32,000 nt of DNA from Vibrio cholerae ATCC 14035 (GTDB lineage: Bacteria > Pseudomonadota > Gammaproteobacteria > Enterobacterales > Vibrionaceae). Shown here piece after piece: positions 29,492-32,000 of this stretch. The notes below the pieces were generated by a model. It was not told the DNA's origin. It made no database searches and worked only from the letters and a program-made list of their open reading frames with translations. The stretch lies in the NCBI RefSeq assembly GCF_000621645.1, contig NZ_KK211323.1, positions 184,947 through 216,946 on the forward strand, read 5' to 3'. The position numbers were made by a program, and so were the translations under genes. Within the stretch, counting starts at the first letter, position 1; every line of letters starts with the position of its first letter.

Positions 29492-30769
29492 ATGAAAATT
29501 GCAATCATTGGCTCGGGCATTTCAGGTTTAACCTGTGGTTACTATCTGCACCGTTATCACGATATCACCCTATTCGAAGCCAATGACTACATTGGTGGGC
29601 ACACTGCGACGGTGGATGTTGAGCTTGCGGGTAAGCCGTACGCAGTGGATACGGGCTTTATCGTTTATAACGACAGAACCTATCCCAATTTCATCAAAAT
29701 GATGGATGAGATTGGCGTGCAAGGTAAACCGACGCAGATGAGCTTCAGTGTGCGTAATGATGCTAACGGTTTGGAGTACAACGGGCATACCCTGACGACC
29801 TTATTCGCTCAAAAACGTAACTGGCTGAATCCAAAGTTTTATCGTTTTATCGCGGAGATTTTACGCTTTAACCGTTTAACGAAAGCGTGCGTCGATAATC
29901 AATTGGCGAATGAGCAAACCTTAGGTGATTTTCTGGCTCAGCATCAGTTTTCTGAATACTTCTGTGAAAACTACATTCTACCCATGGGGGCGGCGATTTG
30001 GTCTTCCTCTCTGGCGGATATGCGAGCTTTCCCTCTGATGTTTTTCGCGCGCTTTTTCCTAAACCATGGCCTACTGGATGTCACCAATCGTCCACAGTGG
30101 TATGTGATCCCCGGCGGTTCGCGCAGTTATATTGCGCCTTTAACCCAAGGATTTGGCGATCGCATCCGCCTCAATAGCGCGGTCACTCAAGTGAAGCGTT
30201 TACCAAGTGGGGTAGAGGTTGTGGTCAATGGTCGGAGTGAGCGTTTTGATGAGGTGATTTTTGCTTGCCATAGCGACCAAGCTCTTGCCATGCTCAGTGA
30301 TGCAAGTTCCACCGAACAACAACTGCTGTCTGCACTCGCTTATCAGGCGAATGAAGTGGTGCTCCATACGGATACTCGTCTGCTGCCCAAACGTAAAGCG
30401 GCTTGGGCGGCTTGGAATTACTGGTTGAAAGGTGAAGCCAATCAAGAAACGCGTTTGCCATCTTTGACCTACAACATGAATATTTTGCAGCATATTGAAG
30501 CGCCTGAGACGTTCTGCGTCACACTCAATAGTAGTGAGGACATTGATCCGAGCAAGATACTGCGCCGATTTACCTATCATCACCCGGTGTTTTCTCGTCC
30601 TGCGATTGAAGCGCAGCAGAAAAAAGCGCAGATCAGCGGTGTCAACCATACTTGGTTTTGTGGCGCATACTGGCATAACGGCTTTCATGAGGATGGGGTA
30701 CGCAGTGCGCTGGATGTGGTGACCCAATTGGAAGCTTACGCACAGCGCAGTGAGCAAGGAGCGGCCTAA
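29492..30769 (+). CDS. FAD-dependent oxidoreductase, amine-oxidase / phytoene-desaturase-like
   Basis: N-terminal dinucleotide fold MKIAIIGSGISGLTCGYYL. AAGGA SD at 29480-29484. I prefer ATG 29492 over TTG 29489. Confidence 0.8.
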   Translation: MKIAIIGSGISGLTCGYYLHRYHDITLFEANDYIGGHTATVDVELAGKPYAVDTGFIVYNDRTYPNFIKMMDEIGVQGKPTQMSFSVRNDANGLEYNGHTLTTLFAQKRNWLNPKFYRFIAEILRFNRLTKACVDNQLANEQTLGDFLAQHQFSEYFCENYILPMGAAIWSSSLADMRAFPLMFFARFFLNHGLLDVTNRPQWYVIPGGSRSYIAPLTQGFGDRIRLNSAVTQVKRLPSGVEVVVNGRSERFDEVIFACHSDQALAMLSDASSTEQQLLSALAYQANEVVLHTDTRLLPKRKAAWAAWNYWLKGEANQETRLPSLTYNMNILQHIEAPETFCVTLNSSEDIDPSKILRRFTYHHPVFSRPAIEAQQKKAQISGVNHTWFCGAYWHNGFHEDGVRSALDVVTQLEAYAQRSEQGAA

Positions 30770-31578
30770 TGCCTGTGCCCCAAGATAGCACCGAGTGGCA
30801 AAGTTGTTTGATGGTTGGACAAGTCAGACATCGACGTTTTACGCCGGTCGAGCACGCACTCAACTATCCGCTGTTTATGCCTTGTATTGATTTAGATGAA
30901 TGGCCACAGTTGGCGGATAAAGTGTGGGGATTGGGTGAGCGTTGGTGGCATTGGGCGCGTTTTCGCCGTGAAGATTACCTCGGGCAAGGCCCGCTCAAAC
31001 AAGCAGTACTTGATAAGATCGAGCAACTGACGGGAGAGCGAATAGAAGGCGGCAGAGTGGTGGCTTTGCTGCACCTGCGCTATCTCGGAATCTATTTTAG
31101 CCCAGTCAACTTTTACTACGTCTATGATAGCGAAAAGCGTTGGCGTTATTTGTTGGCTGAAGTCAGCAATACCCCGTGGAATGAGCGCCACTACTATGCG
31201 GTTCCAGCACAAGCAGCATTAACCTCAGAAGAGGCTGCCGTGATTGAATGGCAGCATGCGAAAGCGTTTCATGTTTCGCCATTCAATCCCATCGAACAGA
31301 GATACTGCTGGAAAATTAAACCCTTAACTCGCGCGCTGATGATCCATCTTGAGTGTCATCGTAGTAATAAAGAGTTTGATGCTACCTTAGCGATGCAGGC
31401 TGAACCCTTGAGCGCAAGCAATTTATTACCTCGATTGATCAAAACGCCGATCATGGCAGTAAAAGTGGTATTGGGCATTTATTGGCACGCTTTCAAATTG
31501 TGGCGCAAAGGTGCCCCGTTTTATGCGCACCCAGACCAAACTCAGAACAATAATAAGGAGCAACCTCATGTTAAATAG
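30769..31578 (+). CDS. DUF1365 family protein
   Basis: 269 aa. Its start overlaps the upstream stop as TAATG. The family assignment rests on recalled sequence features (YPLFM..IDLDE, YFSPVNFYY) and on the conserved neighbourhood: amine oxidase, DUF1365, CFA synthase. Confidence 0.65.
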   Translation: MPVPQDSTEWQSCLMVGQVRHRRFTPVEHALNYPLFMPCIDLDEWPQLADKVWGLGERWWHWARFRREDYLGQGPLKQAVLDKIEQLTGERIEGGRVVALLHLRYLGIYFSPVNFYYVYDSEKRWRYLLAEVSNTPWNERHYYAVPAQAALTSEEAAVIEWQHAKAFHVSPFNPIEQRYCWKIKPLTRALMIHLECHRSNKEFDATLAMQAEPLSASNLLPRLIKTPIMAVKVVLGIYWHAFKLWRKGAPFYAHPDQTQNNNKEQPHVK

Positions 31579-32000
31579 CTCGTCGATGGAAATATCCCGC
31601 TCTCTCACCAGTTGGCAGAAAGGTGCCCGCAGTATTATTCACCGTGCATTACAGTATCTCGAAGGCAATTTAACAGTGATAGAACATTTCCCCGATCAAA
31701 CCCAAACCACGCATGAACAATTTGGCCAAGATAAGCCCGATGCCATTCATGCCGTGATTGAAATTAAACACCCGGATTTTTACAGCCGAGTATTGAAGGG
31801 CGGGAGTATTGCTGCCGCAGAAGCTTACATGGAAGGGTGGTGGGAAAGCCCTAATCTGACGGCCTTGATGCAGTTGATGGCTGCCAACCTCGGTACGCTG
31901 GATAAGCTAGAAAGTCAAAGTAGTCCTGTGACTCAATGGTTAAACCGTTTCACTCACTGGCTCAAACGCAACACCATAGATCAAGCCAAAGATAATATTC
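31568..32000 (+). CDS. Cyclopropane-fatty-acyl-phospholipid-synthase-family SAM methyltransferase, 3'-truncated by the window edge
   Basis: Not in the ORF track because there is no stop in the window. ATG 31568 overlaps the DUF1365 gene end by 11 nt and the frame is open to 32000. The motif HPDFYSRVLKGGSIAAAEAYMEGWWES resembles the E. coli Cfa N-terminal region (NPDFFKRVLQEGSLGLGESYMDGWWE). Confidence 0.8.
   Translation, partial: MLNSSSMEISRSLTSWQKGARSIIHRALQYLEGNLTVIEHFPDQTQTTHEQFGQDKPDAIHAVIEIKHPDFYSRVLKGGSIAAAEAYMEGWWESPNLTALMQLMAANLGTLDKLESQSSPVTQWLNRFTHWLKRNTIDQAKDNI

Noticed and set aside
30200-30757. 185-aa minus-strand ORF inside the FAD oxidoreductase gene
   Set aside because: It is an antisense shadow ORF. 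The sense gene has a clear dinucleotide-binding motif and operon context.

Overview
This window is core chromosome with no mobile DNA. By gene order and protein sequences it reads like Vibrio cholerae chromosome 1, roughly VC1091-VC1122; those locus numbers are from memory and were not checked. In order it contains: oppA (5'-truncated) and oppBCDF; a Xi-class GST (yqjG-like); pta and ackA on the minus strand; yfbV; a DUF2132 gene; a 3-gene COG2984-type ABC importer; a membrane GGDEF cyclase (probably cdgK); dusC broken by an in-frame TAA; yecA-like, lolA, rarA and serS; divergent bioA / bioBFCD with a BirA-type operator; a 56-aa orphan ORF; htpX; and a translationally coupled five-gene operon (NTF2/SnoaL-like, SDR, FAD amine-oxidase-like, DUF1365, CFA-synthase-like, cut by the window end). 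I saw no rRNA, tRNA, CRISPR array, transposase, integrase or phage genes. Four things deserve a second look. (1) An OppZ-type 3'UTR sRNA after oppF has a seed visibly antisense to the oppB leader 3.8 kb upstream. (2) The five-gene lipid-modification-type operon is preceded by a ChrR/sigma-E-like promoter (TGATCC-N16-CGTAA) and three copies of a TGTA(C/T)AACTTT motif. (3) dusC carries an ochre codon. (4) The ABC ATPase has a probable C-terminal frameshift. I found no convincing evidence for a wholly new multi-gene system; the operon at 28.3-32 kb is the least characterised part of the window.
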